DNA of 64,000 nt from Moniliella sp. 'wahieum' (GCA_003971905.1 RSEE01000133.1:62001-126000), one strand, 5' to 3'. Counted from the stretch's first letter, positions 1 through 13,054 are shown. The notes: generated by a model not told the origin, from the letters alone. Made by a program: numbers and translations.

Positions 1-732
1 TGTTTGGTAAAAGTCACGGTTCGCCTCGCCCGGCAAGCCCGTCTCATAGAAAAACGTTTTTGGAGAAACCTGAACATCCTCGAGTATGAACATGTACGAG
101 TGAGTCACGACCAAACGTAGCTCCGTCGCACTGGGGAAAGATTTGACGGGGTAATCGGCCACCACCCTTGCATCCGGCTGGTCCAATCCGACACTTTGCA
201 TAGTCATTGCGTCGCCAAGGGACGCGGTTCCCTTCCACAGGAGAGTATGGTACAAAAGGAACGCGTCGGCCCTGGCAATTTCCAAGGGCAGTAAATCTTT
301 GTCAATCCGGTCCGTCACTTGCTCGATGATCTGTCGAGCGCGGTCCAATTGCACTGCCTCGCTCTGAGCTTCCTCTCTCGACAAGTAGCGGGAATCGTTC
401 CTGATTAACTTGTCGAGCAAGCGGCTGTACAGGCGCAAGAAAGAGATGCCTTTATCCATCATTAATTTGAGATCCCGCCTGTCATTTCTTCGCACATTGC
501 GCAACATGACTTTTGTGAAGTGTGCAAACGGCGGGTTGCGCACACTTTCAAGGTTCAGCATCACCTTTGCCATCGGGAACCCCCTCATATAGCGCAGCAC
601 CGCCCTCTCCATCGGTCTTGTTCGTGTTCTTTCGTTTGTTTCTCGAGTCGTTTGTTCCTCGTTTGTTCCTCGTTTGCACTTCGTTTGTAAAGTCAACTCC
701 GCGCGACTGGACCTGTGTGGCCTTTCGTTCAT
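1..732 (-). CDS. Hypothetical protein, 5' part, runs off the window edge
   Basis: Manual translation gives a stop-free minus frame from about 768 to position 1 (MNER...MRGFPMAKVMLNLESVRNPPFAHF...LLYHTLLWKGTASL...). It is absent from the ORF track, probably because no stop lies in the window. No family recognised. Confidence 0.45.
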   Translation of the reverse strand, partial: MNERPHRSSRAELTLQTKCKRGTNEEQTTRETNERTRTRPMERAVLRYMRGFPMAKVMLNLESVRNPPFAHFTKVMLRNVRRNDRRDLKLMMDKGISFLRLYSRLLDKLIRNDSRYLSREEAQSEAVQLDRARQIIEQVTDRIDKDLLPLEIARADAFLLYHTLLWKGTASLGDAMTMQSVGLDQPDARVVADYPVKSFPSATELRLVVTHSYMFILEDVQVSPKTFFYETGLPGEANRDFYQT

Positions 733-1060
733 TTCCTCAACCCCCCCCCCGCTACCATTTGTGGTGCTCTACCCTTACTACGGTCAAGTTGCATGGTTCG
801 AATGTGTTGCGTTGCGGGTCGCCTTTCCTTTTGTTCTCCTCACCCCCACCCCCATCCCCACCTTTGTAGAAGCGTATTCCTGCATGCCCCGTGTCTCCCT
901 CCTCCAAACTCGGCTCTCTGTCCTGGTTCTGGACTTCTGCGACCCCCCCGCAGGGGACGCATCAATAACGAACAACAGACAGACATGGCAAAGCGGAATT
1001 GGCGCAGGCTGCCGCCCCGCCCCTCCGTGCAGCCCGTACAGCCCATACAGGCATGCGTAC

Positions 1061-1970
1061 TTACTTTTTGACCGCCATGATTTCGAACACGCTCAGCATG
1101 GCAAAGCACGTGTAGAACAAGCCGAGCGGATAGGCGACCAACAACCGTTGCTCGCTCATGCCTGTAATCGAAACAAAGATGCCCGACGCACTGGATGCAC
1201 ACCACAAAATCGTGAGCGAGGCAAACAAGTACCCGTACCATTGACTGACCGCGCCCGCGCGAGCCGCCGTCAGTACTGTGCCTTGTTGTGGATCGAAAAG
1301 AGCCAGAGGGAGAGGGAGAGAGGGAGAGGGAGGACGTACTCGAGCCGCAAAAAGAGGCCTACAAACGCCGGGAGGCAGAGGGGCAAGATGCAGTAGCCGA
1401 GCACGGAGGAGACGCGGTACATGTCAATTCCATCTTCGAGCATCATGTTGAGCAGGAGGTAGATGGAGATGTCGCCGAGCACGGCGACGCCGTAGATGTA
1501 GCCAAACTGGGACTTGCCGGCCAAGAGCAGCATGGTGCCAAAGAGCATGCAGAAGATAAAGGGGCCGGCGAGGTCGGCGTCGTCCATCATGTGGGCGTCG
1601 CGCGGGTGGGAGGAGGAGTAGGAGTGGAAGGGGGACAGGACGGTGAGGGTCTTGTCGCGGATGTGGCCGAGGTTGATGCCGAGCTCCTCGAGGAGGCCGG
1701 GCTCGTCGGGGAAGCCGCCGGTGGTGAGGGCGTCCCAGAGGGTCATCTCGCCGCCGACGCGGCCGGCGAGGGCGGCGGGGTGGAGGGGTAGGCGCTGGCC
1801 ATGGAGCCCTCGAGGGCGGGGGTGGAGAGGGCGCGGCCGGGGGCAGGCGGGGGGGCGTACGCGTCCTGCGCGTAGCCGCCGCTGTAGAACTGGAGGCCGG
1901 GCGCGGCGCGCGCGTAGGGATCGTACCCGCCGCCGCCGTAGGGCGTCGAGGAGTCGAAGAGCGCAGACAT
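1061..1970 (-). CDS. YIP1: Yip1-family ER/Golgi membrane protein
   Basis: Motifs EPGLLEELGIN, DADLAGP, FGYIYG and SVLGYCILP. Intron 1245-1339 (GTACGT...TACTGAC...CAG). Last exon QWYGYLFASLTILWCASSASGIFV...QRLLVAYPLGLFY ends at TAA 1061. One frameshift near 1750-1790. Start is 1970 or 2030. Confidence 0.93.
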
Positions 1971-2127
1971 GGGCGTGGCGGTGGCAGCGCCCTGGGCGGC
2001 GCCTGGCGCACCCAGCCACGTCATGCTCATGGCGGTCGTCCTCACTACTCAGCGGATGGGCTGCCCAGTAGGGTTGGCCGGCGTGGGGGTACCGTCGGCA
2101 CGCCACTACGCCCCGTCCTCGCACCAC

Positions 2128-2216
2128 TCCTCGATGGTCCAACGGCTATGATGTGACGCTCTCACTGCCCCCGCAGAGGATCCGTCAAGACCCGGGTTCG
2201 ACTCCCGGTCGGGGAA
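2128..2216 (+). tRNA. tRNA-Glu(CTC) with a 17-nt intron (2165-2181)
   Basis: Acceptor stem TCCTCGA/TCGGGGA, anticodon stem TGACG/CGTCA, loop CT-CTC-A[intron]C, T-arm CCGGG-TTCGACT-CCCGG. Followed by a T7 Pol III terminator at 2218-2224. Confidence 0.93.
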
Positions 2217-2393
2217 CTTTTTTTCCATGCGCAGTGCCGAGCGCAGCGCCGGCTGAGCTAAGCACGCGGGGCCACCGCTGGCGGGCTGCTCGTCGGCGCC
2301 GCCTGCTGGGGCTTTGTGGCCGCCCTCGCCGTCGCCGCCGCCATCGCCACCGCCGTCGCCACCACCGGCCCCCACCCCCATCCCACCGCCCAC

Positions 2394-4128
2394 ATGTACC
2401 CCTACCGCCCGCCCCCCCGACGCCGACGCCACCGCCAGCCTCGCCCAGGGCATGTCCGCCGTCGCCCTCGACGACGCCTACGCCGCGCCCGCCGCGCCTC
2501 CCGCCGCCGCCTTCTACCCCCAGCCCGCCTACGCCCCGCCGCCCGCCGCATACGAGTACGACGCCGACTACGCCTCCGCCGCCGGCCCCAGCCACACCGC
2601 CGCCGCCCCGCCCCCCCCCGTCCCCGCCCCCGCCCCCGCCCCGCCGTCCCCGCCGCGCGCGCCGCAAGCCCGCCAAGCCCCTCGGCGGCGCGCCCACCCT
2701 CCCCTTCAACAAGGCCTTTGTCGACGAGTACCGCACCCGCATGAAGGCCGACCCCGACCCCGAGGCCCAGTTTGCCTATGTCCAGTACCTCATCGAGGCC
2801 GCCCGCCGCATTGCCGACCCAAGCGACTCGGCCAAGCAGCAGCGCAAGTACCGCGATGCGCTGCTCCAAGAAGCGCTCAAGCTCGTCAAGCGGCTCGCTA
2901 CCACGGGCGCGTCGGTGAGTGACCGCCATGCCTCCTCGCCCTCCTCGGCGGCCACGGCGGTGCCGTATGCCGAGGCACAATTCTTCCTTGCCAACTGCTT
3001 TGGCAACGGCTCTCTTGGCTTGGCCGTCGACCACGAAAAGGCATACAACCTCTACGTCCAGGCCAGCAAACAAAATCACCCGGCTGCCACCTACCGCACT
3101 GCCGTCTGTTCCGAAGTGGGTGCCGGCACGAAGCGCGACCCGGCACGCGCAGTGCAATTTTATCGCAAAGCGTCCGCCTTGGACGACACGGCGGGCATGT
3201 ACAAGTACGGCATGATCCTTCTTCATGGCTGGCTCGGCGTGCCCAAGAACCCACGCGAAGCATTGGTCTGGCTACGCCGTGCGGCCGACCAAGCGGACGA
3301 AGAGACGCCACATGCGCTGCACGAGCTGGCGCTGCTGTACGAGCGTGCTCCAGCTCCGTCCCACCCCAACGCACGCAACGCCGTCGTCTTGCGCGACGAA
3401 CAGTACGCCCGCGACCTTGAGTTGGCCGCGGCGCAGTTGGGCTACGCACCGGCCGCGGCGCGCTTGGGCGTCGCATACGAGTTTGGGCAACTGGCCTGCC
3501 CCGTGGACCCACGTCGGAGCATTGGGTGGTACACGCGCGCAGCGGCCAAGGGCCATGCCGAGGCCGAAATCGCCTTGTCGGGATGGTACTTGACCGGTGC
3601 CGAGGGCGTGCTGGGCCAGTCGGACGCCGAGGCGTATCTCTGGGCCCGCAGGGCCGCCCAGCAGCACAATCCCAAGGCCGAGTATGCGGTTGGGTACTAC
3701 ACCGAAGTTGGAATTGGCGTCGAGGCCGATCCGGTCGAGGCGAAAAAGTGGTACATGCGCGCAGCAGGTACGTTGGTTTTGGTTTAGGTGTTAGTTTTGG
3801 TGTTGGTTTGGGTGTTGGTTTGGGTGTGGTTGGGGTCGCTCCACAGTCCTGCCGAAAGGGAGGGAGAAAAGAAAAAGGAAACACCCCCCACCCACACCCA
3901 CACACCACCACCGTACGCAGGCGAGCTGCTGCGACGCACCGAACGTGAGCAATACTGACTGACTGACTTTGGATCTGCTTCGGATCGACGTGACCTGGCT
4001 TGCTATGGACAGCGCAAGGCAACAAGTCGGCTGTGGACCGGCTGGCCGAACTCAAAAGGCAAGGTGCGGCCAAGAAGGGGTCCCGACCGACGCGCAAGGA
4101 TGCCGAATCCGAGTGTGTGGTTATGTGA
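2394..4128 (+). CDS. SKT5: Chitin synthase activator Chs4/Skt5 (Sel1-like repeats, C-terminal CaaX)
   Basis: Multiple SEL1 repeats (AEAQFFLANCFGNG, AAKGHAEAEIALSGWYLTG, KAEYAVGYYTEVGIG). Intron 3768-4012. Last exon AQGNKSAVDRLAELK...ESECVVM* ends in a prenylation CaaX box, as in yeast Chs4. The Pro-rich N-terminus has frameshifts in C-runs. Confidence 0.92.
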
Positions 4129-4551
4129 CTGGTTCGCTGCTGCGGACGACCGAGCCTCGGGCCCACCTGTCCCGCTTCCCGCTTCCTGCTTCAAGGTTCC
4201 AGCTCTAAGCTTCAAGCGTCCGGTTCCGGCTCCGGTTCAGGCTCAGGCTCAGGTTCAAGTTCAAGGGCTGGAGGGTTAATGCATACTGGAGACTACGGGG
4301 GTCGCTCCTCGCGCCTGCTCGGGTGGCTCTTGATGCTGGTGGGGGGTGGTGGGGCGGTTGGCTCGCGGCCGACGGGGCGCTGGAGGAGCTACATCCTACC
4401 TGGCCTGTCGGGCGCACGAGGACCCATGCATGCAAGATGAAGTTGAAGTTGAAGATGAAGATGGGGATACCGAGATGGGGAGGGTCGGAGGGGCAGGGGG
4501 GAGGGGGGACGTGGACTTGTGTGCGCTACGGCTATTGCTAGTGTACGTTCG

Positions 4552-7003
4552 TTAGAGCAGCAGGTACTCGTTCCATGGCCTGCCGTCAGGCTGGACCAGC
4601 AACCTACGCTGATCAATGCAATCGCTCAACCACTCCAACTTGACCAGCGGCACGGTACCGAGGTGGGTGACGCCGAGTTTGTGCAGCTCGACGCGCGCTT
4701 GGGCGGACGAATAGCATGTCAGCACGTACAGACCACGCTCGCCCGCGCCGCGCGAGGGGAACGTGAGGCCCATCCAGTGCACCTTGGCTTGCAGCTCGGT
4801 AGCCATCGACGTTCCGGCAGCGGTGGTGGTGGTGGGACCTGGGACGGGAGAGGTGGAGGCCAAGGCGGTAGGTAGGTCGGTAGCCACCGCCGCACCATGG
4901 GACAAGACACGGTTGACCCACACGAATAGTCGTTGGTCGTACGTGGCCAGGAGGTAGACTGCGCAGCGGGACAACAAGCCCGGTGGGAAAGGACGGTTGT
5001 CCGCAGTGGGCGCGACGGGTGCGCGGCGAGCGTACGCGGGATGGCAGGACACCGTTGTGCGACCCATTCCAGGTGCGCGGGCAGGGTGCGGATCTTGGCG
5101 CCCTTGGCTGACGGCGGAAGGGGCACCGTCGTAGCCCGCCCGCAGCCCGCGTTCGTCCACTCGCCACGTCTTTGCTTGTCGAGCTGGAGCGGGTCGGAGC
5201 AGCGGGTGCGCGCCCCGCCCGCACCGGCACCGGCACCGGCACCGGCACCGGCATCCCACTGGACGACGCAACCGCTTGTGCCGGCACGGCTGCCACCGGC
5301 TCGGCGGGACCCCGCCCCGAGGCAAGCCGACGTCGTTTCCGCGCCGTATTCATGTCGTCATCCGGCGCAACGAAACGCAGCGCCGCGGGCGGGTGAGGGT
5401 GCTGACGGTGGCGGTGGCGGTGGCGGTGGTAGAGGTGATAGGATGGCCGCGCTTGGGTGCAGGAGGTTGGTAGCGTGCTTGCGGGGGGGGCGAAGGCGAG
5501 TCGGGTCGGGGCGTGCTTGCGTCGGTTGGCGCGGCAGGAACGGCAGGCAAAGTACGCACGCTGTCCCTCTCCCTCTCCCTCTCCTCTCCCTTGTGCCGCG
5601 CTCGGGCGGGGGCGCAAAGTGCAGGACGGTGGCTGAGGGGGGCTTGGCCATCCGGGCGGCCAAGCGGCCCGGTGCCCCCCCGTCCGACGTGCGGGCGGCG
5701 GGGTCGAGGTGGTGTGGCGAACGGCTGCGCTGCTCGAGTCGGACCGGGTGGGCACGGGCGTGCGTGCGGGTTGTGCGGGCGCAAGCACCGTTCCCCCAAA
5801 GTAGTGGCAACTTTCAGTTGGCTTGAGCCGCTGCTCGCTCATCTCCATTTCCGAAATGGAATCGTCAGTCCCTCTCCGGGCGCAACGTCGAGACTAGGAT
5901 CCGTCACATCTTGGCTCTCAAGCCACCGCGTGCAAACGTGCGTTCGTGTCCGGGTTTGCGGTCGAGCTTGCGCGGGAGCTTGCTTGGGAGGTGGAAGTGG
6001 ACGAGAAGGAGCGGCAGACACAGGATCCCGCCATGCTGGTTCGGTGGGATGCGTCGGAGGAGCAGCAGGAGCAGGAGGAGCTGGCCGGGAAGCCCGACGT
6101 CGAGGCAGGGCCGGACCGGAAACAAGTTCCCTATCGGGCCAGGCTGATTCTTCGGTCAAACTGGCAGTTTGGCTCGCTGCGCCCCATGCCGAACGAGGAC
6201 GCGGCCGTGGCTCACGCTCCGGCCTGGCGGGCGCCTCGTCGAGCGGAGGCATACTCTCTTCCCGACTCCTCTCGCTCCCATCCGACTCGCCTTCTTCCAA
6301 CACGGGCAATCGTGTTCGGCGGGTTGCAGGCCCAGGCGAAGGCCCGGGAGAAGGTCCGGACGAAGGCGCGCGGGCCATGTCGCGCAGCGCCGGGTGGATC
6401 GTCGGTGGGGCAGGCGTTTCACCACTGTTGGCTAGTAAGGGGCGGAGGCGGAGGCCGACGCAGAGGAGGAGGCGGAGGCATTGGTACCTTGATCTTGATC
6501 AGCATGATCTGAGGTCCGAAGCAGGCTGCGGCGCCCCAAGGAGGCAGAAGGGCGCAGGGGCGCAGGGGCGAGTAGTGTGTGCCAGGTGGGCGAGGTGGTG
6601 GTGCGGCGGGCACAACGGACGAGGCGGGCATCGACGTGGGCCCAGTCGAACGCGATGGCCGCCGCTCGTGGTGGGCTACGCGGCGCGGCACACAGACGCA
6701 GACGGTGCTGGGCGATGCGCTGGTCGGCGGCGCGGAGTCGCTTGGCGTGCTCCGCGCCGGCCGAGGGAGCCGGGTGGGCCATTCTGCGTGCCGGCACACA
6801 ACGCCGCCTGAGCACGAGTGCCTGCGGGCCGGTGGTGGCGACGGTGGCGACGGTGGCGACGGTGGGTTCGCGCGCTCCCAGCCGGCGCAGGAAAGTGTCG
6901 GGCCGAGGGGAAACGGACGAGAGGATGGATGTCGAATGGCTCGCAGCCAATCCAGTCTTTAGCAGAGGCCAGCCGCAAAAGCCCGCACGCGTCAAATTCC
7001 ATT
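4552..7003 (-). CDS. Low-complexity protein with a C-terminal BRCT-like domain; boundaries uncertain
   Basis: The C-terminus GLLSRCAVYLL...RVLSHGAAV...PLVKLEWLSDCIDQRRLL fits the BRCT W-x3-C signature. The upstream part is overlapping Pro/Ser/Arg-rich ORFs that would need several frameshifts to join, and the 5' end is a guess. Confidence 0.5.
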
Positions 7004-7964
7004 CCGCCGGTGGTTAAAGCACCTGTCACCCATTTTCTCCAGAGCACGTATATAGCACGACACCTACCTATACCTCGTCTATGGCCACCACGACCCCTGC
7101 CACCTCGCCAACGGCGGGCAGACTGATCTTGGCCCAACATTCCCAATGCCGAGCTTGTACGGACGCTCGAGGCATGCGCCTCCTGAGCCAGGCATAAACA
7201 CAGGTATGTCACGGTGACTGCATCATCGGATAATATAGTCCCCATTTCGAGTCGCGAGGAAAATGCACTACGACGCCAAAGACAGAACTGGCCACAGAAC
7301 GAACGGGCGAGGGGAACGAAAAGGAGAGAGAACAACAAGGATGTGTCGGGTGGTATCTAGAAAAGCATAGGAGGGACAGTAAGTGAGGGGGGGAGATCCG
7401 TTTAGCGATATGCCGTTCGGCCAACAAGAATAACAGTGTGCCTGGATGATGAGATCGAAAGAACATGCATATATCCCACGGGGGGGTGCGACAGAAGGAG
7501 ACGCACACTTGCCACAACGCTATAGAAGATCTACCAAAAGGCAAATGGGAAGGTAGAACTACCCGATATATGCGTCCTTCAGTTGAGAGAAAATATCGCA
7601 GAGTGAATCATTTAAAGAAGGAAAAAAGCAAAGGGAGAGAAGCCCAGAAACCAGTCTGGTACGACCCCGTTATTGGAGTTGATCAACGTTCCGATTCTTC
7701 GGTTCCTGCAAAGCCAACGGGGCGGAGGAGGGAGAGAGAGAAGGGGGAGGTATGGGGGGTTGAGGGCCACACAGTGACCTTCCATCGAGGTAACCCAGCA
7801 CAAGTCCAACCGGAACCAGCTGACCCAGCTGACCCAGCTGAACAAACTGAACAAAATTGAACACAAAACGAAATAGAGTAATAGAGACCTTCACTTGCTC
7901 GGCGTATATGCAAAGCAAAGCCCTAAGCCCGAAGTTGGTTGGTCTGGTGCACCGTGCAACGCAC

Positions 7965-9128
7965 TTACAAGCTCAAGCTCAACGATTCGCTCGAAGGGAG
8001 CGACGAAGAGAGCTTGAACGGAAGCGAGCCCGAGCCCTTGGGCAGAGCGATGGACGAAGCGGTTGGCAGGGACACCGAGCTGGAAGCAGCCTTGGCCAGG
8101 CTCGCCAGCTCCGACGACAAGGATGGGAGCGCGGCCGAGTCGAGGCTCAGCTTGGACTCCGACCAGGAGCGAGCCTTAAGCGAAGAGGCCTCAGTGGGCA
8201 GCGAGAGCGAACCAGTGGGAACCGAAAGAGAGCCACTGGGAAGCTCAAGGGACGAAGCGCTCAGCTGGGCCAACTTGGCGGTAGGGATGCCGCTCGGCAG
8301 CTTGAAAGACGAGCTCTCCGTGGGAAGAGCAATGGACGAGAGCTGGGCCTTGCGTGCCGGGTGGGCCTTGGGGGCCTTCTGGACAGCGTGGGCCAGGGGA
8401 CTCTCCTGGGGGAGCGCGCTGGACAGATCGCCGAGCAGCGAGGTAGGCAACGCAGCGGACGCGGAGCTGGCATCCGACAGCTCCCCGAGCAGCTCCGAGA
8501 CGTTGATCTCGCTAGCTTCCGGGGCAGCAGGGCCGGCACGCGCCGAGAGCGAAGGCAGAGCGGTGGGGACCGACAGAGACAGGCTGGACAGCGACCCAGG
8601 CAGCTTCCCCGCCAGACCCGAAGGCAACTCCGCAGCCAAGCCCGACGGAAGCACGGGAGCGGATGAACCGGAAGGCAGCTCCGAGGACAACGAAGCGGGC
8701 AGCGACAGAGACGCATCCGGCTTGAAGGCACGACCGTGACGGTTGCCACGGCGGTGTTGGAAGGGCTTGGTGCCAGCCGAGCGAACTCCTTGGCAACCGA
8801 TGGCTTGGCTCCCTTAAGGGCCGAGCTGATGTCGGATGAGAGCGAGGCCACGTCGGTAGGCAGCGAGGCCGAAGCCGAACCCTGCGACGGGAGGGCGAAG
8901 GGAAGGCTGATCGACTGCGAGAGAGTTGGCTCCGCTTTTGGCAACTCCGACGCAGGGAGCGACAGCGACGGATGGGCCTCTGCATGGGTGGGTTTTGTCA
9001 GCACGGTAAGAGAGAATAAAAAGAAGAGGCCAAGCCGGGGCACGGGGATGGCGTCGAAAGAAAGGAAAAGACGTACGAACGGACACGGCCAGGGCCGCGA
9101 GGGCAGCAAGGAAAGCAAAAGAGCGCAT
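7965..9128 (-). CDS. Secreted Ser/Leu/Ala/Pro-rich repetitive protein
   Basis: After splicing intron 8980-9076 the N-terminus reads MRSFAFLAALAALAVSVQA|HPSLSLP, a classic signal peptide. The body has recurring SLP(S/T) and ELPSG units and one frameshift near 8720. TATA-like sequence near 9257. Confidence 0.8.
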
Positions 9129-11549
9129 CTGGTTGGAGATTGAGAAGGAAGAGAAGGGAGGTAAGGGGGAGGGAGAGGGAGACGAGACAAAGGAGTGTCG
9201 AGAGGGCGATGGAACGATGGGCGGAAGGAGGGGGCGAGAGTAGGGGGGGAGGGGGTTATATAGTGGGATGAGATATACACAGGCGAGGAGGATAGGCTTT
9301 TGGCTCCCATCGCACCCTGTCCTAGCGGCAGGCAAGGCGTAAAGGGGGGCGGGGAGGCGCTGTGCGCAATGCGCGACACGGACGCCCAGGGGGAGGGAGG
9401 CAGTGCTAGTGCGGCAGCAGCGCGCGCGCAGGGAAGATGAAGAAGGGCTGAAGCTCTGAAGTTGCCACGGTTGGGTGAGATGATCGATGAGTGAGATGCG
9501 AGAGATAATATGGAGAGTGTCGGTGTGTGCGTGACTACTGGGCTGGCGCGCGGTGCGCAGTGGGTGTGGCTGGGGCATGGGGGCGGTGTGTATGCGTTGA
9601 TCCAGCGCTTGGGGTACATACTGCGGAGACTCGCGCGAGGCACGAGTTGGATGTCCAAGGCAGAAGGCGTCTCGCTGCCCCCGGCTCGGATGGGACACAC
9701 TGGCCCCCTGCTGGGATGGGCTGCGACACAGTGCGACACATTGCGACCCACAGACGGCGCGAGCGACCTAAAAAGCCCTGGGAGGCCCTGTCAACAAGCC
9801 GCCCGAGCAACTTCTCTGAGGTCTCACATCCTCGCACCTCTCCCCATCATCTGCATCATCCACCTTGCGTGTCATTGCGTCATCAATCCATCATCGACAC
9901 CTTCTATACCCCAGCCACGCCTTGGGCTCCATGGCCGGTGCATGACCGGTGACCGTGTCCTCTGGCATGGGTGCGATCTGCAGTGGCAGCCGAGGACCGC
10001 GGGGGCTGGCGCTGAAGCTGAGAAGGCACTGAAGGGCTGCAAGCATTCCATCTTCAAGCTTCAGTTCAGACTGAGTTAGCTCTCACGCGCGTCGTTGGCC
10101 ATAGAGTCATCTCGATCTGCATCATGCCACCCTCTCCATGTCCGCGGCGATGCAAAAAGGTGGCTGGACACGAAGTGTGACGCGTGAGGTGAGGCTTGAG
10201 AGCTTGAGCGCTTCAGCTTCAGTGCGCTGACACCGCCATTAATAACCGATGATGGTGAAGCCAGCGGAGCTGGAAGCTGGAAAAGCCAAGAGCTCGATGC
10301 TATGCACCACCCAGAAGGCCCTCGAGAGATGCCAGTGGCGATTCGGTCGATCATGTCGATCAGGACAGAGGTGGGCGGCCGAAGGCTAGACAGGACGTGG
10401 AGGGGGTACAGGGCGTTGGTATAGTAACCAGGCAGCACCAAGCGCCAAGCGCTAACCTGTAGAGCTTGATGCGCTTGAAAAGCTTACGAATAAGCTGTGT
10501 GGACGCGTATGTGTTGAACGTTGAACGTTGAACGTTGAACTCAACGTTGATCCATCCAATCGAATCGAATCCAATGTCCAATCCAATTCAATCCAATGCA
10601 TCGTACACAAACCAGCGAGGTCGTTTGTAGCCCTCCAGTTCTGACATAACACAGGATAGCACGTGCAGCGCAGCCACTCGCCACCAGGACGCTACTTGGG
10701 GGGAAATCAGATCCGCAACGAAGGACGATGGGACGATGGAACGGTGGAACGGTGGAACGGTGGAAGGTGGCTACGGTGGACCAGCACCCAAGCTGGGCCG
10801 TCGGCCCGGTGGTCTCCTAGTGTTGAACATAGGATGTCGAATGCGAACGTCCACAGTTCAAGGTGAACATTGACCGTCTGATGAAAGGCTCGCGATGGAA
10901 TGCGAGCCAGGCAGGGGAACTGAAGGTCTCAGTGGTGGTGATGCGCTCAGCTGTAATCAGGCGAACGTATACGCTGCACAGCGCAAACATCGAGGTCGTA
11001 TTGCACACGGTGGTCTGTCAAGAGGTCAAAAGGTATATCATGCCTATATGTCACAACACTTCCCTTCAGGCGTTTCTTTAAATTGAAGACTCGTCGCTGC
11101 TCGCCGTGAGCACTTTGCCTTGACTCTTAGTTCGAAAGCGGCTTTACAGTCAATCCCGTAGGATCCCCGAGAGCTCGGCCGAATGTTTGGGGCTCGCGGT
11201 CCCGTACATAGGCCAAGGTTATCACCCTTTGCCCCTTTTGACCTCCGAAGCCTCCAGTGCATACTCAGGCTTGTTTGAACATCTGTCTCAACCTAACCAC
11301 CACCACTGCGATTGCATTGCTATACGTTTCCAGAGGCTCTTCATCCAACCTCTCGGGTTCCTCCGGTCTTACACCGAAGTCGCAATCTATAGCAAACAGT
11401 AGTACCGACCCTTAACTTTTCACGGGGCAGTACTACCTAGACCTTCATCTTATGCGCAGGTGAAGCAGACATATGGTGCAATTCATGCATCGATACATAA
11501 GAGCCGAGTACTGTGTGCCACGAAGAGAGTACACACGTTTTGGGCTCAT

Positions 11550-13054
11550 TTAAAAGCCCATAGCAGCCCAGTTGGCCTCGACCTTGGCCTGGATGTCAGC
11601 GGGGAAGGAGCCCTTGACGCTGGCATCTTCCCAGTTGGGTCCGGTGGTGTACTCGACGGAAGGAGCGCGTCACAGACAATATTACCACCCACAAGAGGGT
11701 TAGCGTTGCCATGACCATTGTACGGGATGAGAGGGAACGCCGCCTGGTCATCAAAGTGGTACTCGTCCGTGCCCGGGCGGCAGCGCGTCGTGAACGCCCA
11801 CATAACATCGTTCCAGTTGAAGATATCAACGTCGTAGTCGCCAATCAGGATGAGCCGGTGAATGGTGTAGCCAGCCTTGTTGCCATACACGATGTTACCA
11901 ATCTTGTTGGCAAATTCTGCCGGGGTGGTCTTGAGCTCACGAAGCGCTTTTCCATCGATCTGAATCACGCACCAGGTAACGGTGCTCTGTTCCGGGCTGA
12001 AAGCCTGCTTGACGGGCACCCCATTCTCGCGCAACAGTTCACGGATCCGCACCGCGGCCAGGGGCCCAATCATCGTGTGCGTCTCATCGGTAATGCGCCC
12101 ACAGTTGCACACGGGCATGATCGCATTGTCGCGGTAGGTGACCACATCGACATTGTACACTGGCTGCGGGTGGCTATCGCCCGGGAACACGTAGCCGTGC
12201 ATCTCGCCGAACGGTCCCTCGGGCGCGGTGGCCGACGTGGAGATTGTGCCTTCAAACACGATTTCCGAGGATGCAGGGAGCAACAGGTCGTTCGTCTCGG
12301 CTTTCACCACCTCCACCGGCTGACCCGTCAGTGCACCAATGAAGCCCGACTCGCTCATGCCGCCAGGGATGGGCATGCTGGACGCCATGATGGCTGCCGG
12401 GGGCACACCAAAGGCCAGCACCCAAGGAACGTCCTTTCCAATTGCCTTCCATTGCGACCAAATTTGCCAAATGTGCTGCGGCTTGATAACTAGACCAACG
12501 AGATGCTTATTGTCGTACACCATGGCACGAGCGATAGACCAGTTGGTCCACTTGCCGTCCGGGGTTTGCACAATGTGCATGCCGTACGTCTGGATGTACT
12601 TGCCACCATCCGACTGGTGCAGCAGCGGCGCAGGCCATTCGTTGAGACGGATCGCGTCGCCAGTGAGCTTGTTCTGCTTGCACGGCCCAGTCTCTACCAC
12701 CTTGGGCGGAATGGCGGGCTCATGGAGCGCACTGGCCATCTTGTCGAGGATCTCCCCCCAGCCGGACGTGACGGGCAAGCCGAGGTGGCGTGCAAGCCGA
12801 CCGTACTTTTGCTTGGGGTCCGAACGGAGCGAGTTGGGGGCTCCCAAGATGCGGAAGAACCCGTCCTCTTGCTGGCCCTTGAGCTTGTTGAACAATGGAG
12901 CCTTTCCGTTGGTCTCGCATACTTTGCGGATAATCGCGCCGGCTTCCAGGTGGGGATCGACCTCGGTGTTGATCTCCACAATGTCGCCGTCAGCCTTGAG
13001 CGCTTCGACGTAGGCGCGGAAGTTGAGATGGGGGAGGGCGTTAGCGTCGGACAT
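11550..13054 (-). CDS. FDC1: Ferulic/cinnamic acid decarboxylase (UbiD family, prFMN-dependent)
   Basis: Intronless, starts [19 protein letters not shown]. Motifs [29 protein letters not shown] and GRITDETH. A one-base correction near 11660 restores the conserved end [12 protein letters not shown]...[19 protein letters not shown]. Confidence 0.96.

Noticed and set aside
3772..3836. TTGGT/GGTGTT-rich tract resembling telomeric repeats
   Set aside because: It lies inside the SKT5 intron, is degenerate, and has no TTAGGG array.
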